A stretch of DNA of 64,000 bases from Microthrixaceae bacterium (GTDB lineage: Bacteria > Actinomycetota > Acidimicrobiia > Acidimicrobiales > Acidimicrobilacustridaceae). This document shows, in pieces, positions 20,011 through 30,295 of this stretch. Under the pieces are notes generated by a model, which worked only from the letters and a program-made list of their open reading frames with translations, had not been told where the DNA came from and made no database searches. Positions within the stretch are counted from its first letter, which is position 1. Each line of letters begins with the position of its first letter. Location: NCBI GenBank assembly GCA_947449015.1, contig CANFQA010000002.1, positions 13,855 through 77,854 on the forward strand, written 5' to 3'. Both the position numbers and the translations under genes were made by a program.

Positions 20011-21282
20011 ATGAACGCACTCGAGTTCTCACTGCTTCCGGATAGCGCGGAGATTGGTCCTTCGGGCCAACTCATCATTGGTGGTTGCGACACGCTCGAA
20101 CTTGCGCAGCGTTTTGGTACGCCACTGTTCGTCTACGACGAACAACATCTGCGCACTCGCTGCCGGGAGGCAGTCGCTGCATTCGGCCCCGGCGTCAACT
20201 ACGCCACCAAAGCGTTCCTCTGCCTTGCCATGGCGAAACTCGCTGCAGAAGAGGGATGCAACCTCGACGTGTCGACGGCGGGGGAGTACCACGTCGCCCG
20301 CTCCGCAGGAGTGCCAGCGGAGCGTCTGGTTCTCCACGGCAACAACAAGAGCACCGATGAGCTTCGCCGGGCGATGGCCGAAGGTGTGGGACGAATCATC
20401 GTCGACTCCTTTGATGAACTCGATCGCATCGAGGCGCTTGTTGCCGAGGGTCTCGGTCGTCCCCGGGTACTCATTCGGGTCACGCCTGGGGTTGAAGCGC
20501 ACACCCATGAATTTGTGCGCACGGGCCAGGATGATTCCAAGTTTGGTTTCGGACTCTCCACGGGCATGGCCGAATTGGCGGTTGTGCGTGCGGCATCCTC
20601 CGATGCCATCGATCTCGCCGGCATCCACGCCCATATCGGCTCTCAGGTTTTCGATGCTCGTTTCTTCGAGATGGCGATCGAGGTGCTCGCACCTTTCGTC
20701 GAACGGCACGCACTTGAGGAGTTCTCCGTGGGTGGCGGACTCGGTGTTGCCTACGTCAACGGCGAGGCGGCCGACACCCTCACCGAGTGGGCCTCTGCGG
20801 TGCATCGAGCCTGTGCGGCCGCGGGAATCACCGCTCGGGTCACTGCCGAACCGGGTCGATCACTCGTCGCACAGGCTGCCGTCACGCTCTATGAGGTCGG
20901 CACCATCAAAGACATCCCGGGAATCCGCACCTACGTCTCGGTCGACGGTGGCATGAGCGACAACGCTCGACCGATTCTTTACGGGAGCCAGTACGAGGCA
21001 TTCCTCGCCCGTGATGTCGCTGCTGACCGCAGTCGCACGGTCACCATTGTGGGTAAGCACTGCGAATCAGGTGATCTACTCATCCGCGATGCACAGGTTC
21101 CTGACGACCTGGCGGTTGGCGATGTCCTCGCCACGCCGGTGACTGGTGCGTACGGCTACTCGCTGGCTTCCAATTACAACAAGGTCACGAGACCAGCGGT
21201 GGTGTTCGTTTCCAATGGTGAAGCCCGACTTGTGGTGCGTCGGGAAACTCTCGACGATCTCCTCACACTCGATTTGGGCTGA
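20011..21282 (+). CDS. lysA: Diaminopimelate decarboxylase
   Basis: YATKAF (PLP lysine), HGNNKS, HAHIGSQ, GGGLG, EPGRSL, HCESGD and GAYGYSLASNYN. Start moved to ATG 20011. Confidence 0.96.
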   Translation: MNALEFSLLPDSAEIGPSGQLIIGGCDTLELAQRFGTPLFVYDEQHLRTRCREAVAAFGPGVNYATKAFLCLAMAKLAAEEGCNLDVSTAGEYHVARSAGVPAERLVLHGNNKSTDELRRAMAEGVGRIIVDSFDELDRIEALVAEGLGRPRVLIRVTPGVEAHTHEFVRTGQDDSKFGFGLSTGMAELAVVRAASSDAIDLAGIHAHIGSQVFDARFFEMAIEVLAPFVERHALEEFSVGGGLGVAYVNGEAADTLTEWASAVHRACAAAGITARVTAEPGRSLVAQAAVTLYEVGTIKDIPGIRTYVSVDGGMSDNARPILYGSQYEAFLARDVAADRSRTVTIVGKHCESGDLLIRDAQVPDDLAVGDVLATPVTGAYGYSLASNYNKVTRPAVVFVSNGEARLVVRRETLDDLLTLDLG

Positions 21283-21293
21283 GCAGGCGACCT

Positions 21294-22028
21294 ATGGGCG
21301 CCGTCGACATCTGGACCACAGTCGCGGTCGTGCTTGTGGCTGCCATGGTGCAGAGCACCACAGGTTTCGGCTTCTCGCTGTTGGCGGTTCCGTTGCTCTC
21401 GTTGGCGATTCCTACCGAAATCGCCGTTGTCGTTGCGGCCACGCTTGGAACGCTCACCAGTTCGGTGCAGGCGATCGGCGAACGCGAGCACGGTGATCGA
21501 CCCACAATCCGACGGATGCTGGTGGGCGCGGCGATTGGCGCTCCATTCGGGCTGATCCTGCTTTCGGTGGCGTCGAATCGGCAACTCAAGTTCGGCCTTG
21601 CCGCGGTGATTCTCGCGTTCCTCATCATCAATCTCCGCGGCATCACCATCGAGCGGGGCTCCCGTGTGGTCGATGTTGTCGCAGGCACGATCAGCGGGGT
21701 GCTTAACACCTCGCTCTCCACGAACGGGCCGCCACTGGTGATGGCGCTCCACGCCCGGCATCTGGCGCCCTCGGTGTTCCGGGGCACCATCTCAGCGGTC
21801 TTCGCCGGCACTGGAGTCATCACCGTTGGTCTCTTCCTTGCCAGCGGGCGCTACAACTCCGATGTTCGGGAACTGCTCGTCGTTGCAGTACCTGCCATGG
21901 TGATCGGCTACGCAACCGGGGCGCGTCTGCGTCGCCATATTGATCCACCACGGTTCCGCCAGGCGGTCATGGGGTTATTGACGGCCACGGCGATCGTCAC
22001 AGCTGTCGGCGCGCTACTGGCCTCCTGA
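21294..22028 (+). CDS. TauE/SafE family (sulfite exporter-like) membrane protein
   Basis: QSTTGFGFSL and LSTNGPPLV repeat-pair motifs; about eight TM helices. Confidence 0.85.
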   Translation: MGAVDIWTTVAVVLVAAMVQSTTGFGFSLLAVPLLSLAIPTEIAVVVAATLGTLTSSVQAIGEREHGDRPTIRRMLVGAAIGAPFGLILLSVASNRQLKFGLAAVILAFLIINLRGITIERGSRVVDVVAGTISGVLNTSLSTNGPPLVMALHARHLAPSVFRGTISAVFAGTGVITVGLFLASGRYNSDVRELLVVAVPAMVIGYATGARLRRHIDPPRFRQAVMGLLTATAIVTAVGALLAS

Positions 22029-22098
22029 GGAGTCAGGTTGGTCCGCCGATGCGGAATCCAATTCGGGCCGGGGTCGCCATCCCGATAGCCTCAGGCAG

Positions 22099-23436
22099 GT
22101 GAACGACTCCACGGTGCGGGTCGGCCTGCTCGGTTGCGGCACGGTCGGTTCAGCCCTCATCTCTCTCCTTCAACGCCAGCACGATGCCATTGCGGCGCGA
22201 ACTGGTCTCCACATTGAGGTCACCCGCGTGGCGGTGCGTGATCTGTCGCGGCCGCGTCCGTCATCGCTTCCGAGCTCGGCATTCACCGATGACACCGCGT
22301 CGGTCATTGCTGACCCGGACATCGATGTCATCGTCGAGGTAATGGGCGGGGTTGAACCCGCACGTGCACTCATCGGGAATGCGCTCAACGCCGGCAAGCC
22401 CGTGATCACGGCGAATAAGGCCCTTCTTGCGGAGCATGGCGCGGAACTGTTCGCCGCTGCCGACGCTGCCGGTGTTGATCTGCTCTTCGAGGCTGCAGTC
22501 GCCGGTGGTATCCCGTTCGTTCGACCGTTGCGGGAATCGCTGCTGGGTGAGCCGATCCGTCGGGTCATGGGCATCATGAACGGCACGACGAATTACATCC
22601 TCACCCGCATGACTGAGGCTGGTGCCAGCTACGGCGAGGCATTGGCTGAAGCCCAGGCGCTCGGTTACGCAGAGGCTGACCCCACTGCTGATGTCGGTGG
22701 TTTCGACGCCGGAGCCAAGATCGCCATCGTTGCGTCCATTGCCTTCGGCGCCAAGGTCACTGCCGCCATGGTCGATGTTGAGGGGATCACCTCCGTCACC
22801 GCCGATGACATTTCCTTTGCAACTCGCAACGGCTATGTCATCAAGCTTTTGGCTGTTGCCGAACGCTTCGATGCCAGTACTGGTGAGCAACTCTCGGCTG
22901 CAGTTCATCCTGTTTTAGTTCCCGTGCACCATCCCCTCGCGTCGGTGCGTGACAGCTTCAACGCGGTGTTCGTAGAAGGCGATGCTGTCGGCGAACTCAT
23001 GTTCTACGGTCGCGGCGCTGGTGGTGATCCCACAGCAAGTGCAGTGCTTGGCGATCTCATCGATGCATCAATCAACCTGCATCGCGGAGCCCACGCCTCA
23101 ATCGGCGCGTTGGCCCCGGCGCGCTTGCGTCCTGCTGCCGACTCGGCCTCCGCGCATTATCTCAGCCTTGTCGCTGTCGATCGCCCGGGAGTGTTGGCAG
23201 CTATTGCCAGCGTGCTTGGAGACAACGGTGTGTCCATCGCCTCTATGTCGCAGTCGGCTCCTGATTCTGATCTCGGGGGCTCATTGGCCGAGGACGAGGC
23301 GCGGATCGACTTCATCACCCATCGCACCGGCCGTCGTGATCTTGATGCCACCCTGACAATTCTGCGTTCGCTCGATGCTGTGCGTCGTGTCGGCAGTGTC
23401 ATCAGTGTTCTCAGCGACGAGGAGGATGACGCATGA
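22099..23436 (+). CDS. hom: Homoserine dehydrogenase with C-terminal ACT domain
   Basis: GLLGCGTVG, ITANKAL, FEAAVAGGIP, NGTTNYIL, GYAEADP, YGRGAGGDPTASAV and ACT VDRPGVLA. Confidence 0.96.
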   Translation: MNDSTVRVGLLGCGTVGSALISLLQRQHDAIAARTGLHIEVTRVAVRDLSRPRPSSLPSSAFTDDTASVIADPDIDVIVEVMGGVEPARALIGNALNAGKPVITANKALLAEHGAELFAAADAAGVDLLFEAAVAGGIPFVRPLRESLLGEPIRRVMGIMNGTTNYILTRMTEAGASYGEALAEAQALGYAEADPTADVGGFDAGAKIAIVASIAFGAKVTAAMVDVEGITSVTADDISFATRNGYVIKLLAVAERFDASTGEQLSAAVHPVLVPVHHPLASVRDSFNAVFVEGDAVGELMFYGRGAGGDPTASAVLGDLIDASINLHRGAHASIGALAPARLRPAADSASAHYLSLVAVDRPGVLAAIASVLGDNGVSIASMSQSAPDSDLGGSLAEDEARIDFITHRTGRRDLDATLTILRSLDAVRRVGSVISVLSDEEDDA

Positions 23437-24845
23437 GTGGACTCACCTACGTCAGCACTCGCGGTGCTGCCCCGGAGTTGGGTTTCGCCGATGTGCTGCT
23501 CGCCGGTCTCGCTCGTGACGGTGGCCTCTATGTTCCCAAGCAGTGGCCATCGATCACTGTTGAGGCGCTTGAGCGCTTCGCCACAATGCGTTACGCCGAG
23601 GTGGCGGTTGAGGTTATGTGGCCGTTCGTCGAAGGCTCGATTGAGTACGACGCATTCGCGGCAATCGTGGCTGACTCGTATGCCACCTTCGAGGCCGATG
23701 AGGTCGTGCCCCTTCGCGATCTTGGCGACAACCTCTGGCTGGCTGAACTGTTCCACGGTCCCACGCTTGCCTTCAAAGACATTGCCCTGCAGCTGGTCGG
23801 GCGTCTGTTCGACCATGAACTGACCCGTCGTGGTGAGAAGGTCACCATTGTCGGAGCCACCTCTGGTGACACCGGTTCGGCAGCAATTGAGGCGCTTCGC
23901 GAGAGGGCAACGGCGGAGGTTTTCATTCTGCATCCTGCCGGGCGGGTCTCCGATGTGCAGCGACGACAGATGACCACCGTGGATGCACCAAACGTGCACA
24001 ACATCGCTGTCGAGGGCACCTTCGACGACTGCCAGGATCTCGTCAAGGCGTTGTTCGCCGATGACAGTTTCCGCGAGACCCGAAACCTCTCGGCGGTGAA
24101 CTCCATCAACTGGGCTCGTGTTATGGCCCAGATCGTTTACTACGTCACAACCACCACGCGACTCGGCGGGGGAGTTGGCCGACCGGTGGCCTTCTCGGTT
24201 CCCACTGGCAATTTCGGCAACGTCTTTGCCGGCTATGGCGCCCAACGAATGGGCACACCGATCTCGCAGTTCGTTGTCGCATCGAATCGCAATGACATCC
24301 TCACCCAGTTCCTCACCACCGGAACAATGACCATCGGTGAGGTTCATCCCACCCTCAGCCCCAGCATGGATATCCAGGTGTCCTCCAATCTCGAACGTCT
24401 CTTGTTCGAAATCCATGGACGCGACGGCTCAGCGATTGCCGAGATGATGGCTCGCTTCCGCTCCGAGGGCACTGTCACGGTCGACACCGGCCGGCTTGAC
24501 CTGCTCGCTGACCACTGGAGTGCCGGTCGGGTCGACGACGCGCGCACCTCGGAGACGATTGCTCGGTTGTACGAACAGCAGGGTGTGCTCATCGATCCGC
24601 ATACTGCGGTTGGGCTCGCCGCTGCCCGCGAGGCCCGGGCCGATGCCTCGGTTCCGATGGTGGTGCTGGGCACCGCGCACCCCGCAAAGTTCCCGGCCGC
24701 TGTCGAGGCTTCCTCGGGCGTTCACCCGCAACTGCCCGACCGACTAGCCGATCTGTTTGATCGTGAGGAGCGCCTCGTCACCGTCGCCAATGACTATGTG
24801 GCGGTCCGCTCCCTTATCGAGAACACCCTCGATACGGCTCGCTGA
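23433..24845 (+). CDS. thrC: Threonine synthase (long ~470 aa type)
   Basis: YVSTRG, GLARDGGLYVP, ELFHGPTLAFKD (PLP lysine), ATSGDTG, NSINWAR, VPTGNFGN and TAHPAKF. ATGA overlap with hom. Confidence 0.96.
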   Translation: MSGLTYVSTRGAAPELGFADVLLAGLARDGGLYVPKQWPSITVEALERFATMRYAEVAVEVMWPFVEGSIEYDAFAAIVADSYATFEADEVVPLRDLGDNLWLAELFHGPTLAFKDIALQLVGRLFDHELTRRGEKVTIVGATSGDTGSAAIEALRERATAEVFILHPAGRVSDVQRRQMTTVDAPNVHNIAVEGTFDDCQDLVKALFADDSFRETRNLSAVNSINWARVMAQIVYYVTTTTRLGGGVGRPVAFSVPTGNFGNVFAGYGAQRMGTPISQFVVASNRNDILTQFLTTGTMTIGEVHPTLSPSMDIQVSSNLERLLFEIHGRDGSAIAEMMARFRSEGTVTVDTGRLDLLADHWSAGRVDDARTSETIARLYEQQGVLIDPHTAVGLAAAREARADASVPMVVLGTAHPAKFPAAVEASSGVHPQLPDRLADLFDREERLVTVANDYVAVRSLIENTLDTAR

Positions 24846-24880
24846 GCCGCTCACCCGCGAAATGCGCCACACTTAGACCC

Positions 24881-26029
24881 ATGAAGTACGTCGTCTGTGT
24901 TCCCGATGGTTGTGCCGATGAGCCGCTGGCCGAGCTGGGCGGTCGAACGCCCCTGCAGGCGGCCAACACCCCCACCATTGATCGTCTCGCCGCCCGATCC
25001 ACATTGGGACGCGCTGCAGTCATCCCCGCCGGCATGCCGCCGGGTTCCGATGTCGGCAATATGTCGATCTTCGGTTACGACCCAGCTCGCTATCACACCG
25101 GTCGCGCCCCCATCGAGGCTGCTGCACTTGGTCTTCGCCTCCGTCCCGATCAGGTGGCGTATCGCTGCAACCTCTCCACGGTGGGAGCGGACGGCACCAT
25201 GATCGATTTCGCCGGCGGACATCCCTCCACCGAAGATGCCGCCACCGTCATTGCTGCGCTCCAGTCGGAGCTCGGCGGCGATGGCATCGAGTTTCATCCC
25301 GGCGTGCAGTACCGACACATCATGGTTGCGCCCGCAGAGTGGGCCGAAGCTGAGTGCGCCCCGCCGCACGATCTCACTGGCAAGCCATCGGTATGGCCCA
25401 CCGGTGCTGCAGCTGCGCAGTTGCAACGACTTATGGACGCGTCGCGTGATGTTCTCGCGGACTCCAACATTGACGCATCGCAGATCTGGCTCTGGGGTCA
25501 GGGGTTCCAGCCCCAGATGCCCTCGTTCAGTTCTACCTACGGCGTCCAGGCAGGCCTCGTCACCGCAGTTGATCTCGTGCGCGGGCTTGGCGTGCTTACC
25601 GAGATCGACATCGTCGAGTTGGCCACGGCCACCGGTTGGTACGACACCGACTACGAAGGCAAGCGCGATTGTGCGCTGCGCTCGCTCGAGTCCGGTGCTG
25701 ATCTGTTCATCATCCATGTCGAGGCCACCGATGAGGCTGGTCATGCCGGCAACGTCGAGGAGAAAGTTCGCGCCCTCGAGAACTGGGACGCTCGCATCTT
25801 CGCCGATCTTCTCCCCGCTCTCGATGACATGGGGCCCTGGCGCCTGCTGATGCTTCCCGATCACGCCACGCCGCTCGCCACTCGCACCCACAGCTCCGAT
25901 CCCGTGCCGTTTTTGCTCGCTGACTCTGCGGTGGATGGTCCCGGTGGGGTCTACACCGAAGATGGGGTGGCATCCGCGCCCGTGGTTGCCGGCCACGAAC
26001 TCATGGGTCGTTTGCTCTCACCGGCCTAG
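24881..26029 (+). CDS. apgM: Cofactor-independent phosphoglycerate mutase-like (ApgM) protein; candidate alternative homoserine kinase
   Basis: DGCAD, TPLQAANTP, PGSDVG (phospho-Ser), YHTGRAPIEA, HVEATDEAGH and PDHATP...HSSDPVP alkaline-phosphatase-superfamily motifs. Confidence 0.8.
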   Translation: MKYVVCVPDGCADEPLAELGGRTPLQAANTPTIDRLAARSTLGRAAVIPAGMPPGSDVGNMSIFGYDPARYHTGRAPIEAAALGLRLRPDQVAYRCNLSTVGADGTMIDFAGGHPSTEDAATVIAALQSELGGDGIEFHPGVQYRHIMVAPAEWAEAECAPPHDLTGKPSVWPTGAAAAQLQRLMDASRDVLADSNIDASQIWLWGQGFQPQMPSFSSTYGVQAGLVTAVDLVRGLGVLTEIDIVELATATGWYDTDYEGKRDCALRSLESGADLFIIHVEATDEAGHAGNVEEKVRALENWDARIFADLLPALDDMGPWRLLMLPDHATPLATRTHSSDPVPFLLADSAVDGPGGVYTEDGVASAPVVAGHELMGRLLSPA

Positions 26030-26040
26030 GTCCCTACGCT
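26012..26040 (+). promoter_or_regulatory. Candidate sigma-A promoter for rho
   Basis: TTGCTC-17 nt-TACGCT. Confidence 0.5.
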
Positions 26041-26226
26041 TCGCAGGTCGATCGCAGCTCAGCCCGATCCTCTCCCCGCCGTCCGGCGGACCCCGGAACA
26101 CTGCGTTTCGGTCCTCACTCCCTTTCTTTCACTACCCATTTCCCGAAGCAGTTCTGTGATCAGGCCGCGCGCAATCCAGCGTCGTTGATCGCCGGGCACC
26201 ACCACGATCTCCCCGGAGGAATCACC

Positions 26227-27855
26227 ATGGCCGACCAACTCGAACGCTCCATGCTTGAGGCAAAGGAACGCGAAGAACTCGTTTCCATTGCCAAGGCGCT
26301 GGGGGGCAAGCCCGCAGCCCGGGCCAAGAAGTCCACGGTGATCGATCTGATCCTCGAGCTCGCCGGTGTCACCGGTGCGCCAGCGCAGGAGCCGGCCGCC
26401 GCTCCGGCCCGCAAGACCAAGGCACCGGCGAAGGCGCCGGTCGAAGCGGTCGCTGCCAACCTCGACGCCGAGGAACCCGCCGCTGAGGTCGAGTCCGATG
26501 ATGATGATGATGCGTCCGACGCCGCTTCATCGGAAGCTGCACAGGTTGTTGCCATTGATCCCGATGTTGAAACTGTCCCGACCCCGCCTGAGTTGCTCGA
26601 TGATGCAGCTGACACTGGCGAAGCCGGAGAGGGAGGTCGTCGCCGCCGTCGCCGGGGTCGTGGTGGCGATCGCGATGGTTCACGCGAGATCGTGCGCGAC
26701 ACCAATCGTCCCGATGAGCCCTTCGTTGGCGAACCCACTGAGGTTTCCGGTGTTCTCGACCTTCGTGATGAGGGCTACGGATTTATCCGCGTCGCTGGTT
26801 ACCTGCCCACCCGTGATGATGTCTACGTCTCGGTGAAGCAGGTCCGTCAGTTTTCCCTTCGCCGCGGCGATCTGGTGGCCGGCGCCTGTCGTCCCGCCAC
26901 ACGTAACGAAAAGAACCCGGCGCTTCTGCGGATCGACACCGTCAATGGCGTCGATCCCGATGCCGCTCGTGACCGTCGTCGTTTCGACGAACTCACACCG
27001 CTGTTCCCCGACTCGCGTCTCGCGCTTTCCAGTCGCGATGAGCCGTACAACATGACCGCGCGCATCATCGATCTGATCGCACCTATCGGTAAAGGCCAGC
27101 GCGGACTCATCGTGTCGCCTCCGAAGGCAGGCAAGACCACGATCATGAAGCAGATCGCCAAGTCGATCGAGATGAACAATCCCGAGGTGCACGTCATGGT
27201 GCTGCTCGTCGATGAGCGACCTGAAGAGGTCACCGATATGCGACGATCAGTCTCCGGTGAGGTCATCGCCTCCACCTTCGATCGTCCGGCTGAAGAGCAC
27301 ACCGCGGTCGCTGAGCTTGTCATCGAACGAGCCAAGCGCCTGGTCGAGGACGGCGCGGACGTCGTCATCATTCTCGATGGCATCACGCGACTCGCTCGTG
27401 CCTACAACCTTGCCGCGCCGACCACTGGTCGCGTCATGTCCGGCGGTATCGATACTGGCGCCTTGTACCCGCCCAAGAAGTTCTTCGGTGCGGCCCGCAA
27501 TGTCGAGGAGGGTGGGTCACTCACGATCCTCGCCAGTGCGCTCGTCGACACGGGCTCGCGTATGGACGAGGTCATTTTCGAGGAGTTCAAGGGCACCGGA
27601 AACATGGAACTTCGACTCGATCGCCGCATGGCTGAGCGTCGGATCTACCCGGCCATCGACGTGGATGGCTCCTCGACCCGCCATGAGGAGCTGCTCTACG
27701 ACCGCAAGCAGCTTCAGAACGTCTACAAACTGCGTCGGGTGCTCTCCGGACTCGCCGCTGAGGGGTCTGGCGCTGCTGGTCTCGAGATGCTTATCGACCG
27801 GCTCGGCTCGTTCCGCACCAACGACGAATTCCTGGCTGAGATCGCCAAGGGCTGA
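26227..27855 (+). CDS. rho: Transcription termination factor Rho with actinobacterial N-terminal insertion
   Basis: [67 protein letters not shown] before ATG 26227. Confidence 0.97.
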   Translation: MADQLERSMLEAKEREELVSIAKALGGKPAARAKKSTVIDLILELAGVTGAPAQEPAAAPARKTKAPAKAPVEAVAANLDAEEPAAEVESDDDDDASDAASSEAAQVVAIDPDVETVPTPPELLDDAADTGEAGEGGRRRRRRGRGGDRDGSREIVRDTNRPDEPFVGEPTEVSGVLDLRDEGYGFIRVAGYLPTRDDVYVSVKQVRQFSLRRGDLVAGACRPATRNEKNPALLRIDTVNGVDPDAARDRRRFDELTPLFPDSRLALSSRDEPYNMTARIIDLIAPIGKGQRGLIVSPPKAGKTTIMKQIAKSIEMNNPEVHVMVLLVDERPEEVTDMRRSVSGEVIASTFDRPAEEHTAVAELVIERAKRLVEDGADVVIILDGITRLARAYNLAAPTTGRVMSGGIDTGALYPPKKFFGAARNVEEGGSLTILASALVDTGSRMDEVIFEEFKGTGNMELRLDRRMAERRIYPAIDVDGSSTRHEELLYDRKQLQNVYKLRRVLSGLAAEGSGAAGLEMLIDRLGSFRTNDEFLAEIAKG

Positions 27856-27879
27856 CCTGATTCAGCGTTTTTGACCGAT

Positions 27880-27903
27880 TCCGGCCTCCCCTCGGAGGCT
27901 GGA
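27880..27903 (+). terminator. Hairpin downstream of rho
   Basis: TCCGGCCTCC-CCTC-GGAGGCTGGA: 10-bp stem with one G-U pair. Confidence 0.5.
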
Positions 27904-27964
27904 TTGCGGTTTACCCGTCCCGTCCGGCAGACTAACAATCCCAATTTCTCACTGGAGTATCGCC

Positions 27965-28171
27965 ATGAAGGCCGACATCCATCCCAATTACGTCGAGGCG
28001 ACGGTCAAGTGCTCGTGTGGCAACACGTTCACGACTCGCTCCACCAAGGCTGAGCTCACCTCCGAACTCTGCAACGAGTGCCACCCCTTCTACACGGGCA
28101 AGCAGAAGCTCGTTGATACCGGTGGTCGCATCGAGAAGTTCGAGAAGCGCTACGGCAAGCGCCGTAAGTAG
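27965..28171 (+). CDS. rpmE: 50S ribosomal protein L31, zinc-binding (C+) type
   Basis: [27 protein letters not shown] and GGRIEKF. Confidence 0.97.
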   Translation: MKADIHPNYVEATVKCSCGNTFTTRSTKAELTSELCNECHPFYTGKQKLVDTGGRIEKFEKRYGKRRK

Positions 28172-28196
28172 CGCGACCGCCCGACGTCAGGGGCCT

Positions 28197-29225
28197 GTCG
28201 TTCCACTCGAAGCAGATCAGCGAGCCCCGCTCCTAGCGGCCAAGGCACGCGGTCTGGTCTCCCAACATCTCGGACTCGCGAGCGATGAGGTCGCGCCTGT
28301 TGCGCTGCCTTTCGGCGCGGCAGTGCACTACGAGGACAGCATCTGGCTATTGCTCGATTCAGACCCGATCCGGTCAGTTGGGCCAGCGATGGTCTGGGCT
28401 GAAGGCAAAGGTGCGAATGCGCTGCACCTGATGGTTGACGATCCGGTGGCCTGTGCGGTCGTGGCTCGTCGCGCCACGCTGTTCGCCGATGCACCGCAGG
28501 TCTGGCGGGTAACGGGGCGGTCATTGTCGGCCTCGCCGGTTGCCGAGCCGCATCTTCCGATCGAGCCCTCCGCGGTGGCACGAGAGGCCGCAGCATTGCT
28601 TCGCAGCGCCGGTGTCGATGTCGTCATCGAACATGGCGAGATCCGCGGTGAGATCCGCGGGCTGGAGATTGCGCGTGTTGTGCTCCAGGACAATGGCGAT
28701 GCCCGCATCGATGTCGGTGTTGGCCGACACGACCGTGAGGCATTCACCATGGTGCACGGAACCCTGCCAACTGCCGAGGCACTCGCCTCAGTGGTGGCCA
28801 GTGTGGATGCCGTTCGACGGCCCGAGGCCCAGCCGCATCCGCTACGCCAACTCGCGGCGGAGGGTTGGTTGCGATGGCGTCTGCTCAACGAACCGGGACT
28901 GGTCGGCCTGACCGAACTACGAGCGGCTGAGGCCACCGTGGCTCGTGAGAGCGTTAAGGACACCGGGGCGACCATCGCCTTCGGGTGTGATCAGGCAGGC
29001 GACGATGTGGTCGTGGCCTGTTCCGTCGGCATTGATCTCGACCTTGTCCCTGCCGCCGCCGATGGTCGCCTCTCACTCGCTGCTGATGCCCGCCTCGTCA
29101 TTGTGCTTCCCGAACGTGATCTGCACCCGGCCACCCGTCGGTTGGCTGGACTTCTCGAGCACCCGGCCGAGTTCGTCACAATCTCCGGCGACTGGCGTGT
29201 CGCAACTGCAGAGCAGTTCTCATGA
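28197..29225 (+). CDS. Conserved hypothetical protein between rpmE and prfA (start codon unresolved)
   Basis: Long ORF with host-like codon usage that fills the rpmE-prfA gap and ends in an ATGA overlap with prfA. No ATG/GTG/TTG between the rpmE stop and ~28322. Confidence 0.7.
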   Translation, partial: VVPLEADQRAPLLAAKARGLVSQHLGLASDEVAPVALPFGAAVHYEDSIWLLLDSDPIRSVGPAMVWAEGKGANALHLMVDDPVACAVVARRATLFADAPQVWRVTGRSLSASPVAEPHLPIEPSAVAREAAALLRSAGVDVVIEHGEIRGEIRGLEIARVVLQDNGDARIDVGVGRHDREAFTMVHGTLPTAEALASVVASVDAVRRPEAQPHPLRQLAAEGWLRWRLLNEPGLVGLTELRAAEATVARESVKDTGATIAFGCDQAGDDVVVACSVGIDLDLVPAAADGRLSLAADARLVIVLPERDLHPATRRLAGLLEHPAEFVTISGDWRVATAEQFS

Positions 29226-30295
29226 GCATGCTCGAGCGTCTCGATGGACTCGAACGTGAATTTGCCGATGTTGAACGCTCGATTGCTGACCCCGCAGTTA
29301 TCTCCGACCAGACCATCTACGCGGAGCTCAGTCGCCGCTATCGCGACCTTGGCGATCTGGTCGGTCGTCTTCGTGAGCTTCGGCAGGCGACCGAGGATCT
29401 GGCGATGGCCCGGGAGATGTACAGCGACGCGGATGCCACCGATCGCGAGATGTTGCGCGAGGAGATCGATACGGCCGAATCCGCGATCGAGCGACTCGAC
29501 GAGGAGATCAAAGTTCTCCTACTGCCCAAGGATCCCAACAACGATCGCAATGTCATCGTGGAGATCCGTGGTGCCGAAGGTGGTGAGGAAGCCAACCTCT
29601 TCGCCCGTGACCTGTTCGAGATGTACCGCTCCTATGCCTCGCGCCTGGGATGGAAGTTCGAGATCATGGAAGCGCAGGAGTCCGATCTTGGCGGCTATGC
29701 CGACGTGACCTTCCGACTTGCCGGCGACGGGGTGTGGAGCCGCATGAAGCATGAGGGTGGCGTGCATCGCGTGCAGCGGGTGCCGGTCACCGAGAGCCAA
29801 GGCCGCGTGCACACCTCCTCGGCTGCTGTCACGGTGCTTCCCGAAGCCGATGAGGTAGACGTACAGCTCGATATGAACGAACTTCGTATCGACGTATACC
29901 GCTCATCTGGTCCGGGCGGGCAGTCGGTCAACACCACTGACTCGGCGGTGCGGATCACGCATCTGCCCACCGGTGTGGTCGTCGCCATGCAGGACGAGAA
30001 GAGCCAGATCCAGAATCGGGAGAAAGCACTGCGGGTGCTGCGCAGTCGGTTGTTGCAGGCCGAGCAGGATCGCCAGGCGGCAGAGGCCTCCGGTGCCCGT
30101 CGGGCGCAGACCGGCGGTGGTGGCCGATCCGAGAAGATCCGCACCTACAACTTCAAGGAGAATCGCCTCTCCGACCATCGCATCGGGCTCACCCTCTACA
30201 AGCTCGACAAGATCCTCGGCGGCGAACTCGACGAGGTAGTTGACGCTCTTGTTGCTGATGAGCGGGCCACGCAGTTACGAGAACGCGAGAGCTGA
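29222..30295 (+). CDS. prfA: Peptide chain release factor 1
   Basis: GGEEANLF, HRVQRVPVTE (PxT tripeptide), GPGGQSVNTTDSAVRITH and RSEKIRTYN. Confidence 0.98.
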   Translation: MSMLERLDGLEREFADVERSIADPAVISDQTIYAELSRRYRDLGDLVGRLRELRQATEDLAMAREMYSDADATDREMLREEIDTAESAIERLDEEIKVLLLPKDPNNDRNVIVEIRGAEGGEEANLFARDLFEMYRSYASRLGWKFEIMEAQESDLGGYADVTFRLAGDGVWSRMKHEGGVHRVQRVPVTESQGRVHTSSAAVTVLPEADEVDVQLDMNELRIDVYRSSGPGGQSVNTTDSAVRITHLPTGVVVAMQDEKSQIQNREKALRVLRSRLLQAEQDRQAAEASGARRAQTGGGGRSEKIRTYNFKENRLSDHRIGLTLYKLDKILGGELDEVVDALVADERATQLRERES

